Below, piece by piece: positions 17,685 through 27,139 of a DNA stretch of 43,408 bases. Made by a program: the position numbers and the translations under genes. The stretch is from Verrucomicrobiota bacterium. Lineage in GTDB: Bacteria > Verrucomicrobiota > Verrucomicrobiia > Limisphaerales > SXQI01. The notes beneath the pieces were generated by a model. The model was not told where the DNA came from, did not search any database, and saw only the letters and a list, made by a program, of their open reading frames with translations. The stretch lies in the NCBI GenBank assembly GCA_033762115.1, contig JANRLX010000036.1, positions 1 to 43,408 of the forward strand, read 5' to 3'. Each line of letters starts with the position of its first letter. Within the stretch, counting starts at the first letter, position 1.

Positions 17685-18034
17685 TGGCGAATTTACCGAC
17701 GATGTCCAATGAGTTCATCGCCTACTCAGCGGGCGCGGCGATGTTCATTTTAACCGTTTGGGCATTGGTGAAAGGCCTGCAACGCACCCCGCCGATTGAA
17801 GCAGCCTTCGTGAGCAAGGAAGAATTCAAGGAATTCAAGGAGGAGGTCAAAAGCGACTTCACCGAATTGCAGGCGAATTTCAATGCGGATGTGCGGCGGC
17901 TGCATGAACGAATCGAAGAATCGACCCATGAATTGCAAACCTCCGGGCACCGGCGCGGGGAAGAGATTCGCAAGGAAATTTCTGAATTGAGCAAAATTTG
18001 CGGAGTGCTGGAAGAACGCACCCGGAAGCTATGA
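17681..18034 (+). CDS. Mu gp25 (DUF2730)-like TM + coiled-coil protein
   Basis: N-terminal TM, FVSKEEF then coiled coil; position before gp26/gp27. Confidence 0.6.
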   Translation: MMANLPTMSNEFIAYSAGAAMFILTVWALVKGLQRTPPIEAAFVSKEEFKEFKEEVKSDFTELQANFNADVRRLHERIEESTHELQTSGHRRGEEIRKEISELSKICGVLEERTRKL

Positions 18035-18043
18035 GAGGGCCAG

Positions 18044-18301
18044 ATGACCAGAACCGACGCGATCCGTAAGGAAATCCTTTTTCAATTGTTCGCCTGCAGG
18101 CCGGTGCCATTGACAGCATCAACCATCCACAAATCATGCCGCAAAGAGCGGCTCGACTTCAGCGAAACCGAAATCAAACGCGAATTCGTTTTCCTCCATG
18201 ATGATGGATTGATCAAACCGGAAGCCGAACGGGGGAGCGCGGAAGAGCCGTACCGGATCACGGCTGAAGGGGTCCGGGTTTACGAAACCAAATACGCCTA
18301 A
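18044..18301 (+). CDS. Mu gp26-like winged-helix protein
   Basis: IRKEIL...EIKREFVFLHDDGLI...RITAEGV; synteny. Confidence 0.7.
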   Translation: MTRTDAIRKEILFQLFACRPVPLTASTIHKSCRKERLDFSETEIKREFVFLHDDGLIKPEAERGSAEEPYRITAEGVRVYETKYA

Positions 18302-18874
18302 ATGCCGAATCGTCGCACAGGAAAGATCGCCCGGCTCCCGAAAGTCATTCGGGACCAGGTGAACGTGATGATCCGGGACGGGGTGAAATACCCGGCGATC
18401 ATTGCGTTTCTGGAGGCGGAGGGGCATCCCGGCATCCTGGAACAGAATTTAACGAATTGGGTTCAAACGAGCGACTCGAACGAAAGCAGCGGGTACCTCG
18501 ATTGGCAACGGGAACAGGAGCGATTGGAGGACATGAAAGCCAAGCGCGAACTGGCGCTTGAGATTGTCCAGCAAAACGAAGGCAGCCGGTTGCATGAAGC
18601 GACACTGCACCTTGCGGCGAGCCAGCTTTACGAAGTGCTGGTGGATTTCGACCTGGTCAACCTCAAAGCGTTGCTGGCGGACAAACCAGAGAATTACGCG
18701 CAGGTGGTGAACAGCCTGGCGAAACTGAGCAAGGGAGCATTGGACATTCAACGGTATAAGGATCATGTCCAGGCGCAGAAAGAAAAAATACAGGCAGCTC
18801 TTAACCAGGCGAAAACGGGCGGGGTGACAGCGGAAACATTGGCAAAGATCGAGCAGGAGGTTGGATTCCTGTGA
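18302..18874 (+). CDS. Mu gp27 (DUF3486)-like putative terminase small subunit
   Basis: RTGKIARLPKVIRDQVN..., GGVTAETLAKIEQEVGFL; precedes TerL. Confidence 0.85.
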   Translation: MPNRRTGKIARLPKVIRDQVNVMIRDGVKYPAIIAFLEAEGHPGILEQNLTNWVQTSDSNESSGYLDWQREQERLEDMKAKRELALEIVQQNEGSRLHEATLHLAASQLYEVLVDFDLVNLKALLADKPENYAQVVNSLAKLSKGALDIQRYKDHVQAQKEKIQAALNQAKTGGVTAETLAKIEQEVGFL

Positions 18875-20190
18875 GCCACGAAAAATATTTCATGCCGTAC
18901 CAGCAACGGTGGATCAAAGATGAAACCGCGTTGAAGATCGTGGAGAAATCGCGCCAGATCGGATTCTCCTTTGCGACCGCGTATTCAGCGGTGCGGCGGG
19001 TGGCGGTAAAAGGAGCGCGGTTGGATGTCTGGGTTTCATCGCGCGACGACACCCAGGCAAAGCTTTTTTTAGATGACTGCAAAAATTGGGCGAAAATCCT
19101 TAACCTGGCTGCTTTGGATTTGGGCGAAGTGGTCATTGATCGCGACAAAGACTTTACCGCTTACGTCCTCGAATTCGCGACCGGCCTGCGCATTTACTCA
19201 CTCTCCTCCAACCCCAACGCCCTCGCTGGAAAGCGCGGTCACGTTATCCTCGACGAATTTGCACTGCACAAGGATCAGCGACTGCTCTACCGCATTGCAA
19301 AGCCGGTCACGACATGGGGCGGGCAGCTCGAAATCATCAGCACCCATCGCGGAATGGGAACGGTTTTCAACGAAATCATCCGGGAGATCACGGAAAAAGG
19401 GAACCCGATGGGATGGAGCCATCACAAGGTCACCCTGGCGGATGCGGTGGCAGAAGGGTTGGTGGCGCGAATCAACGAAAAGACCGGGCGCAAGGAATCG
19501 AATGAAGCGTACCTCGCGCGGATCCGGGCGGAGTGCCTCGATGAAGAACAGTGGGCGCAGGAATATTGTTGCGTTCCCTCCGATGAATCCGCGGCGTTTA
19601 TCAGCCACGAGATGATCCGCCCCTGCGTGGCCCGGGACACCCTGAAGAACTTTGAGTACATCAAAACCTCCAAAGGAAGCTTTTATCTCGGGATGGATGT
19701 GGCGCGGAAACAGCACCTGTGCGTGATCGATGTGGGGGAAAAGATCGGGGATGTGATCTGGGATCGCGTGCGGGTGGAACTGAGCAAAAAGACCTTTTCG
19801 GAAATCCGCGCGGAGTTGTATCGCTTCCTGGAACTGCCGCAGATCAAGCGGGCCTGCCTGGATGCGACCGGGCTGGGAATGCAACTGGCGGAGGAAGCCA
19901 AACAACGGTTCGGCTACAAGGTCGAGGAAGTGACCTTTACCGCGACGGTGAAAGAGGAACTGGCTTTTCCGTTGCGGGCGGCTTTCGAAGATTTGCGGTT
20001 GCGGGTGGCGGATGACCACGCGCTGCATGCGGATTTACGCGGGGTGAAAAAGGAAGTGACCGGGAGCGGGAATATCCGGTTCGTGGGGGAGAGCGACGAT
20101 TCCCATTGCGACCGGTTCTGGGCGATGGCGCTGCGGCAACATGCGGTGGGCAAAACTGCTTCCGTGGGGGCGATGGTGGTAACCGAATGA
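18871..20190 (+). CDS. Terminase large subunit (Mu gp28-like)
   Basis: PYQQRW, EKSRQIGFS, VILDEFA, ISTHRG, LGMDVAR, DATGLG, HCDRFWA. Confidence 0.95.
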   Translation: MSHEKYFMPYQQRWIKDETALKIVEKSRQIGFSFATAYSAVRRVAVKGARLDVWVSSRDDTQAKLFLDDCKNWAKILNLAALDLGEVVIDRDKDFTAYVLEFATGLRIYSLSSNPNALAGKRGHVILDEFALHKDQRLLYRIAKPVTTWGGQLEIISTHRGMGTVFNEIIREITEKGNPMGWSHHKVTLADAVAEGLVARINEKTGRKESNEAYLARIRAECLDEEQWAQEYCCVPSDESAAFISHEMIRPCVARDTLKNFEYIKTSKGSFYLGMDVARKQHLCVIDVGEKIGDVIWDRVRVELSKKTFSEIRAELYRFLELPQIKRACLDATGLGMQLAEEAKQRFGYKVEEVTFTATVKEELAFPLRAAFEDLRLRVADDHALHADLRGVKKEVTGSGNIRFVGESDDSHCDRFWAMALRQHAVGKTASVGAMVVTE

Positions 20191-22337
20191 AGGCGATCCA
20201 AAAAATACTCAACGCGTTGAGCGGGCCGGTGACGGTGTCCACACCGCCGATCATTCCGCCGATCCAATCAGCGATTGCGGTCCCGGCACAGAAAGATTTC
20301 GCGCGAGACTGGTTGCGGGGAATGGAAAGCGAAACGGGACGTCGCGGAATGATGACTGCCCCGTATTTGCAAAGCGTATGGGTTTACGCGTGCGTGAATA
20401 TCCTGGCATCGAACATTGCGCAGGTGCCGTTCCGGATTTCCCGTGGGGAACGGAAAGGGGAAGACATTCTGGAGAGTGGGCCTGCGGTGGAACTGTTCCG
20501 GATGCCGCACAAGCGGATGAACCGATTCAAGTTTTGGGAACTGTATGTGACATGGCAAATGTTGCGCGGGGAAGTCTTCATTGTGCGGACTGATGACGGT
20601 TTACTCCTGCTGAATCCGGACCATTTCCAGCATGTGGTTGTGGACCATCAACTGGTGGCGTGGCGGTACACCGGGTTTGGAATGAACACCCCGCTGAGCA
20701 GCCAAATCTTTTTGCCGGAGGAGGTGCTGCATGATCCGTTGCCGAATCCGTATGACCATTGGCGCGGATTGAGTCCATTGCGGGTGGCGATGCTGGCGGC
20801 GGAAACCGATTATGCCTCAGCCGAGTTCATGAAAGGGCTGATGCAGAATAACGGCGATCATGGACTGGTTGTGACGACAGACCAGCAACCGAGCCGGGAA
20901 CAGGTGGAAGAAATTTACGCGATGATCCGGCAGCGGGAACGCGCGTCAGGCACAGCGAAAAGGCCGATGATCCTTTGGGGCGGGTTCAAGGTGGAAAAGC
21001 CCACGATCAGCAATGTGGATCTCCAATACCTTGAGCAACGCAAGTACACACGGCAGGAGATTTGCGCCGTGTTTGGGGTGCCGCAGGAAATGCTTGGATT
21101 CACGGAAGACAGCAACCGGAGTGTGAGCCAGAGCGCGCGATTGAATTTCACGGAAAATCGTATCGCGCCGTTGTGCGAACGGATTGAGGCGGCAATGGAA
21201 CCGCTGGTGAACGAAGCGGGCAAAGGGATTTATGGTTGGTTCGATTGCGATGCGATGCCGATCATGCAGGCCGCGCGGAGAGAGAGGATCGACAGCGGGG
21301 TAAAACTGTTTGGGATGGGAGTGCCATTCAACGAAATCAACCAGACCCTTGACCTTGGTTTTTCCCGGTTGCCGCATGGCGACAAATGTTTCCTGCCCTA
21401 CTCCCTGATGGAAGTGGGAACAAAAACGGACAAGCCAAAAAATCCCAAAGCAGAGACGAACGAAGAAAAATGGCTGCGGCAGATTCGGGCAAGAAAGGCC
21501 CAGACCACGCCCTCGTTGCCAGCGCCATCACACACCTGCGGGGCGGGGAGCGAAGCCTACGCGGCGAGCATTGCCGGAAGCGTCCGGATGAAAACGAGCA
21601 AGATGCGTCGTTTCTTTTTCGAGCAACGGCAGCGGGTGATCACGCGCCTGAGTGAAACCCTGGCAAAAAACCAGAAATCATTGCCGGACGATCTTTTTGA
21701 TGAAGCACAGGAAGATTCCATTCTTCTGGGGAGAATGAAACCGCTGCTCCTGGCTGACCTTGAATTTGGAGGGGCGCAGCTCTGGAGGGAAATCGGGCTG
21801 GAGAATTTCAGCGTAGCGCCAGCGGAAGCTATCGCGTTCCTGAAAGCGCGTGAAAATCATATTACCGGGATCAACGAGGAAACGTTCCGGGCATTGGCAG
21901 CGAACCTGAGCGAAGGATTGAACCGGGGAGAAACGACCGAGCAACTGATTGAACGGGTCAAGGAAATCTACAACAAGGCGAGCGATGGACGGGCGGAAAC
22001 GATTGCCCTGACCGAAACGAATATTGCGGTCAATAGCGGTCGATTCGGGGCGATGAAACAGGCAAAGGTCCCGAAGAAAGGGTGGCAAGCGAGCAATCTT
22101 GAAAATGTGCGGAGCACCCATATTGCCGCAGAACGGGATTATGAATTGGGAATTCCGCTCGATCAAGCATTCCGTGTGGGCGGTTACGAACTGATGCACC
22201 CAGGCGACCCGAACGGCCCGGCCCATGAAGTGATCAATTGCCGCTGCTTCACCTTTGCCATTTTGGAAGAGAAAGCGGTCAAGACGGGAGTCCTGCTCAG
22301 CTTCGATGAATTTCGACTTGGGAAAGGGACCTTGTGA
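20187..22337 (+). CDS. HK97-family portal protein fused to a Mu gpF-like head morphogenesis domain
   Basis: VYACVNILASNIAQVP, RGLSPL, EICAVFGVP; C-terminal RAETIALTET...VRSTH...HPGDPNGPAHEVINCRC. Confidence 0.88.
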   Translation: MKAIQKILNALSGPVTVSTPPIIPPIQSAIAVPAQKDFARDWLRGMESETGRRGMMTAPYLQSVWVYACVNILASNIAQVPFRISRGERKGEDILESGPAVELFRMPHKRMNRFKFWELYVTWQMLRGEVFIVRTDDGLLLLNPDHFQHVVVDHQLVAWRYTGFGMNTPLSSQIFLPEEVLHDPLPNPYDHWRGLSPLRVAMLAAETDYASAEFMKGLMQNNGDHGLVVTTDQQPSREQVEEIYAMIRQRERASGTAKRPMILWGGFKVEKPTISNVDLQYLEQRKYTRQEICAVFGVPQEMLGFTEDSNRSVSQSARLNFTENRIAPLCERIEAAMEPLVNEAGKGIYGWFDCDAMPIMQAARRERIDSGVKLFGMGVPFNEINQTLDLGFSRLPHGDKCFLPYSLMEVGTKTDKPKNPKAETNEEKWLRQIRARKAQTTPSLPAPSHTCGAGSEAYAASIAGSVRMKTSKMRRFFFEQRQRVITRLSETLAKNQKSLPDDLFDEAQEDSILLGRMKPLLLADLEFGGAQLWREIGLENFSVAPAEAIAFLKARENHITGINEETFRALAANLSEGLNRGETTEQLIERVKEIYNKASDGRAETIALTETNIAVNSGRFGAMKQAKVPKKGWQASNLENVRSTHIAAERDYELGIPLDQAFRVGGYELMHPGDPNGPAHEVINCRCFTFAILEEKAVKTGVLLSFDEFRLGKGTL

Positions 22338-22477
22338 GAGTGACCGAATTTCAACCGCAAACGCCCCTTAAACGATTTGGCCCTATCTACGTAGCCAAAA
22401 TCGAATCGGATCAAAATGCAATGGCATTCCCGCGTTTTGCACAAGGTTCCTGATCACACCAAAACAAAAAACCGAAC

Positions 22478-23161
22478 ATGAAAGCCATCCATAAAGAATT
22501 CGACGAAAAAAATCCGGAGACTTTGCTGCGCCGGGAGATCAATCCCAAAGCGAGCGTCCCGACCGACACGAAAGAACCGGTGATCGATTTCCGGAGCTCG
22601 GATGAAACGGTGGACCGTTACAGTGAAATTGTGGTGGCGAGCGGATGGCAATTGGCGAATTACCAAAAGAACCCGGTCGTTCAGGATGCGCACAATTATT
22701 ACAGCGTGATTGACACGATAGGCAAAAGCATCGTGACCGAAGTGCGGGGCAATCATCTTTTTCAACGGGTTCTTTTCGCGATTGATGCCAACCCAACGGC
22801 AAAGATCGCCTATCAGTTATATAAAGGCGGATTCCTGAGCGCGGTGAGCGTGGGATTCATTCCCAAGAAATGGGAGAATGGAAGCCGGGAGGCGGGTTAC
22901 GTGCGGAAATATCTTGAGCAGGAATTGCTTGAAGTTTCAGCGGTGGGAATCCCGGCCAATCCGAACGCGCTCAAACTCGCCTTCGAGGAAGGGGCCATTG
23001 AAAAGAGCGACCTGCGCGAGTTCGCCACCCTTCTTAAAACACTTTGCAACGATGATGCAGGCTCCCGCTCCAATGCTGGCGCGCCGGGAACGGGGGCCAA
23101 TGGCGCGCGGTCGAAGCAGATTCATAAAACGTTCGCAGATATCAAAGCGCTGTTGCGTTGA
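22478..23161 (+). CDS. HK97-family prohead protease
   Basis: DRYSE..GW..NPVVQDAH, AVSVGF, ELLEVSAVGIPANPNAL. Confidence 0.9.
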   Translation: MKAIHKEFDEKNPETLLRREINPKASVPTDTKEPVIDFRSSDETVDRYSEIVVASGWQLANYQKNPVVQDAHNYYSVIDTIGKSIVTEVRGNHLFQRVLFAIDANPTAKIAYQLYKGGFLSAVSVGFIPKKWENGSREAGYVRKYLEQELLEVSAVGIPANPNALKLAFEEGAIEKSDLREFATLLKTLCNDDAGSRSNAGAPGTGANGARSKQIHKTFADIKALLR

Positions 23162-23193
23162 GGAGAAGCGAACAAAACCAAACACAAGAAATA

Positions 23194-24594
23194 ATGATAA
23201 CCATGAAGTTCAGAAAGATCAGTCCGTTCAGGTGGCTCCTGTGCGGCATTTTAGCAGCCATGACCTTTGCCTTCCTCTTTTTCGGAATGGCGGAAGGGAC
23301 GTTGCTGGCATTCCCGGCAGCGGTGGTCGATGACGATCAGCTTGAGGAAACAGCCAAGGCGATCAAGGCCGGGGTGGAAGCCACTCAAAAAGACGTCAAC
23401 GAGTTGAAGACGGCAAATGACACCATGAGCAAGGAATTGGCTGAGCTGAAAAAGCAACTGGATCATCAACGGAAGCTGGGGCTGGCCTCCCGTCAGCGGA
23501 TCAATCCAGTGATCCAGCCTGGCAAGGTGAGCGATGATTGCGCGAAGTTTATCGGCGCGACCTTCATCATTGCGGCCAAAACCCACGGGAAGGAAGTGCA
23601 ACCGCACATGCTGAAGTGGGCACAGGACCTGGTGGCGGCTGAATGCAGTTTCAACGATCATGAACCGAACGCGCAGAAACTGAGGGAGTACGGAAAGGCG
23701 TGTGAAAACATCCAGACCAAAGCGGCCCTGACAACCACCGACATCCCGATGCCGGTGGGCTATTCCGGCCAGATCATCGAACTGGTTTCGCAATTTGGAT
23801 CATTCCGCCGTTATGCAACGGTGTATCCGATGGGCGATGGCAAAGTGAACCTGCCACGGTTGACGACTGACCCAGCGTTCGGGTTCATCGACATGAGCGC
23901 GACCATCCCGGAGAAATCGCCGCAGATCGGATTCGTGGAACTCGATTCCAAAAAGGCAGGCGGATTGATCCGGATGCCGCATGAGATCGACCAGGACAGC
24001 ATCGTTCCCCTGGGCCAATTCCTTGCGCGATACATTGCGAGACAGATTGCAAGCTGGGAAGACACGACCGGCTGGCTGGCGGATGGATCCGCAACTTACA
24101 AAACACTCGAAGGGGTGGTTGACCGGATTGTTGACAACAGCAAAACGGTGACCCTGACCTCGGGCAATACAGCGACCGACGATGTCACCCTGGCAAACCT
24201 ACGGAGCGTGCGGGCTTTGGTGGATGAAAGCGTGCTGGGCATGAGCGCCTATTACTGTCACCCTACCTTTGAAAGCCTCTTCGCAAGCTTCAACAGTGGA
24301 GGAAGTACCTATTACATTCCAAACGGATCGAATGGGGCAACCCTGGATGGTTTCCCAATTCGCTGGGTGAACAAGCTCCCGGTCCTGAGCGCCTCCGCGA
24401 ACGTGAGCAAAGTGGTGACCGCATTCGGCGACATGACCTATTGGTACCTCGGTGACCGGGGCGGAGTGCGGATCGATTACAGCCTGGACGCCTTTTTTGC
24501 GACCGACGAAATCGCGGTGCGGGCGCTCTGGCGATTCACGGTCAAGGAACTCGCAACGGTCCACATGTCCGGTGTTCGCACGGCAGCGAGCTAA
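23194..24594 (+). CDS. HK97-family major capsid protein with coiled-coil delta domain and hydrophobic N-terminus
   Basis: KKAGGLIRMPHEIDQDS, TLDGFPIRW, AFGDMTYWYLGDRGGVRI, FATDEIAVRA; start uncertain (23194/23203 or later). Confidence 0.9.
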   Translation: MITMKFRKISPFRWLLCGILAAMTFAFLFFGMAEGTLLAFPAAVVDDDQLEETAKAIKAGVEATQKDVNELKTANDTMSKELAELKKQLDHQRKLGLASRQRINPVIQPGKVSDDCAKFIGATFIIAAKTHGKEVQPHMLKWAQDLVAAECSFNDHEPNAQKLREYGKACENIQTKAALTTTDIPMPVGYSGQIIELVSQFGSFRRYATVYPMGDGKVNLPRLTTDPAFGFIDMSATIPEKSPQIGFVELDSKKAGGLIRMPHEIDQDSIVPLGQFLARYIARQIASWEDTTGWLADGSATYKTLEGVVDRIVDNSKTVTLTSGNTATDDVTLANLRSVRALVDESVLGMSAYYCHPTFESLFASFNSGGSTYYIPNGSNGATLDGFPIRWVNKLPVLSASANVSKVVTAFGDMTYWYLGDRGGVRIDYSLDAFFATDEIAVRALWRFTVKELATVHMSGVRTAAS

Positions 24595-24600
24595 ACTGAA

Positions 24601-24626
24601 GACCGTCCGATTCCGGGCGGTCCTTT
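24601..24626 (+). terminator. Probable intrinsic terminator after capsid gene
   Basis: GACCGTCCG-ATTC-CGGGCGGTC then CTTT. Confidence 0.55.
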
Positions 24627-24653
24627 CAAGCGAAACGTTCAACCTATAATATT

Positions 24654-24935
24654 ATGTCCAAACAAAAATTCACACCGTTAAAAAAGAAACCGAAAGTGGG
24701 AGATCGGGTCAATTACCTCGATCCCAAACAGGAAGAGCCACGCCTCTCGGATGTCCTTGAAGTCTCTGCCGATGGGAGATTGATCAGCCTGCAAGTGATT
24801 GGAGCATCTGATCCCAACACGAAAACCCCGCTGATCATCAATAATGTCCCTTTTGTGGACGCGGAAGATCATGCGACGAAGCTTCGCCCGAACACCTGGC
24901 ATTGGCCGGTTAAAAACGAAGAGGTGAAAGCCTAA
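24654..24935 (+). CDS. Small phage protein (SH3-like)
   Basis: PKVGDRVNY...WHWP. Confidence 0.6.
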   Translation: MSKQKFTPLKKKPKVGDRVNYLDPKQEEPRLSDVLEVSADGRLISLQVIGASDPNTKTPLIINNVPFVDAEDHATKLRPNTWHWPVKNEEVKA

Positions 24936-24975
24936 ACGAATCTGGCCGGGGTCTGGTCCCTCCGGCTTGTAGTCA

Positions 24976-25011
24976 AGGGCGGTGGAGTCTGGGGATTCCA
25001 TCGCCCTCTTT
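24976..25011 (+). terminator. Probable intrinsic terminator
   Basis: AGGGCGGTGGAGTC-TGGG-GATTCCATCGCCCT then CTTT. Confidence 0.6.
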
Positions 25012-25040
25012 GAAACAACGAAAAGAATTCGATTCCTGAC

Positions 25041-25631
25041 ATGAGCGCCGCCCTGACATTACTCGCGAGCGTGAAAGCCCGGTTGAAGATCGACCCGGCC
25101 GACACGAACGATGATGCGTTGCTCACGTCATTTATCGAATATGCCTCCGGGTTGTTCTGCAAGTATTGCCATCGCACCTTCGAGCGCGGAGTGAATGTGC
25201 AGGAGGAATTCTGGTGCGAAGACCGGGAACTGCGCCCGAGCCGCTACCCCATCGAAGCGGTTGCCTCGTTCGAAACGATGAGCGACCAGGCAACGGGATG
25301 GGTTTTGGAAAGCGATGTGCAGTATCAACTCTGGACGACGAAAAACGGGATTTACCTCGTGTCACGTCTCGGAAGCGGAATGGAAAAACTGCGCCTGACC
25401 TATACCGGCGGGTATGTGTTGCCAGGCAATACGCCAGGCGCAGGGCAAACGGCGTTGCCCAATGAAATCGAACATGCCTGCACGGAACAGGTGGCTTACT
25501 GGTTCTCGAGCAAAGACCGTCTCGGCGTGAGCAGCGCGAGCACGGAGGGAAGCAGCGTGAGCTACAGCAATTTAAAACTGGTGGCATCCGTGCAAATGAC
25601 GCTGGACCGGTATCGTCGCTTTTTAATGTGA
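25041..25631 (+). CDS. Head-tail connector/adaptor (gp6-like)
   Basis: LASVKARLKID...DDALLTSFIEYAS...YCHRTF, YTGGY, LPNEIEHAC, LDRYRR. Confidence 0.85.
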   Translation: MSAALTLLASVKARLKIDPADTNDDALLTSFIEYASGLFCKYCHRTFERGVNVQEEFWCEDRELRPSRYPIEAVASFETMSDQATGWVLESDVQYQLWTTKNGIYLVSRLGSGMEKLRLTYTGGYVLPGNTPGAGQTALPNEIEHACTEQVAYWFSSKDRLGVSSASTEGSSVSYSNLKLVASVQMTLDRYRRFLM

Positions 25632-25665
25632 GTGGGATGCCGCAAGCGAAAACGAATTTAAGAAC

Positions 25666-26274
25666 GTGGAAACGAATTTGATTCAACCGGTGAATTTCAA
25701 GGTGGCGATGAAAAACCTTGAACAGTTGCCCCCGCGAATCGAACAGGGAGCGTTGCGGGGGATGGAGCGCGGTTTGCTTTACACGGTGGGAGTGGCACAG
25801 CGGAAATTTTTGAGCGGGCCGAGGCCGACGCGCCTGGATGTGAGGACGACGCGATTGCGGAATTCCGTGACCTCAGCGGCAGAGATCGTGCCGGGACGCG
25901 GAGTGATCGGACGGATCGGGAGCAACGTGAGTTACTCGCGCTGGCATGAGTTCGGTTTCCGCGGCCGGGTGAATGTCAAACCGTTTACACGGGTACTTGG
26001 GCAGCAGACGAGCGCAGGGCAAAGCGTCGAAACGCGGGGCGTATTGAAAGACCGCAAAGGCAATGTCATCGGCAAAAAGCGGAGCTTTAAGGAAGCGGCG
26101 AAACGGCAACGAGGGGGAATCGTGCTGGTGCAATTCGTGAAGGGCCATGCCCGCAAGGTGAATTACAAAGGGCGGCCTTATATTCGCCCGTCGCTGGAAC
26201 AGGCGACCCCGGCGATTCGACGCGAGATCAACAAAGGAATTTCGGAAGCAACCGGAAGCGAAACCACAACCTAA
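25666..26274 (+). CDS. Tail completion / HK97 gp10-like morphogenesis protein
   Basis: RTTRLRNSV, IGSNVSYSRWHEFG, RPYIRPSL. Confidence 0.75.
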   Translation: METNLIQPVNFKVAMKNLEQLPPRIEQGALRGMERGLLYTVGVAQRKFLSGPRPTRLDVRTTRLRNSVTSAAEIVPGRGVIGRIGSNVSYSRWHEFGFRGRVNVKPFTRVLGQQTSAGQSVETRGVLKDRKGNVIGKKRSFKEAAKRQRGGIVLVQFVKGHARKVNYKGRPYIRPSLEQATPAIRREINKGISEATGSETTT

Positions 26275-26286
26275 AAAATAGATTTT

Positions 26287-26691
26287 ATGAACGCACTTTA
26301 TGACAAAGCCCGTGAAGCATTTCTCGGGGCTGATATCGACTGGCTGGCAGATAACATCAAAGCGATCCTGATCGACACCGGGGCTTATACGGTCAATCTG
26401 GCCACCCATCAATTCCTGAGCGACATTCCGGCTGGAGTACGGATTGCAACCAGCGGCAACCTGAGTGGCAAAACTTCGACCGCAGGAGTGGCTGATGCGG
26501 ATGATGTGACCTTTACAAGCGTGAGCGGAGTGCAGAGCGAAGCGGTGGCGCTTTACCAGGACACAGGGAATGCGGCCACTTCCCGCCTGATCTGCTACAT
26601 CGACACGGCGACCGGTCTTCCGATCACCCCGAACGGGGCGAACATCACGGTGACATGGGACAATGGGGCAAACAAAATCTTCAAGCTGTAA
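26287..26691 (+). CDS. Conserved phage structural protein
   Basis: NALYDKAREAFL..IDW...GVADADDVTF...LPITPNGANITVTWDNGANKIFKL pattern typical of virion accessory proteins. Confidence 0.65.
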   Translation: MNALYDKAREAFLGADIDWLADNIKAILIDTGAYTVNLATHQFLSDIPAGVRIATSGNLSGKTSTAGVADADDVTFTSVSGVQSEAVALYQDTGNAATSRLICYIDTATGLPITPNGANITVTWDNGANKIFKL

Positions 26692-27138
26692 GTGAGTGTC
26701 CCGATAGAATTGCAGCAGGCTGATGCGGTGCTGGGGCAACGCTTCGCGGAGATCATTTCCTTCCAAAATTCCAAACGGGCGGCAACGGGGAAGTACGTTC
26801 ATTTTACAGAGAGCCATTCCACGGTGCCGAGCGGTCCGGTGGCACCCGACAAAATCGAGGAACCATCGCCGATCAGCCAATTGGCATGGGCGGATGCAGG
26901 CGAGATGCCCTCAACGATGCGAACTCAACTTATTATGTATCCCTACGGCAATGATGGCGCCGAAGGATGGATCCTCGAGATGCGGGCAATGGTGGGAAAT
27001 GACCTTTGGATCAAAACGGTGGTTGGGGCCGGGCCTGAGACGACACGGGCGCACCAGTGGCGAAACCTTGGCAATCCCTCACGCCCTGAACCCACCCCGG
27101 AACAAATGAGCCAATGGACGATCAAAGCGCCGAATTAG
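26692..27138 (+). CDS. Phage hypothetical protein
   Basis: Abuts both neighbours. Confidence 0.6.
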   Translation: MSVPIELQQADAVLGQRFAEIISFQNSKRAATGKYVHFTESHSTVPSGPVAPDKIEEPSPISQLAWADAGEMPSTMRTQLIMYPYGNDGAEGWILEMRAMVGNDLWIKTVVGAGPETTRAHQWRNLGNPSRPEPTPEQMSQWTIKAPN

Positions 27139-27139
27139 C

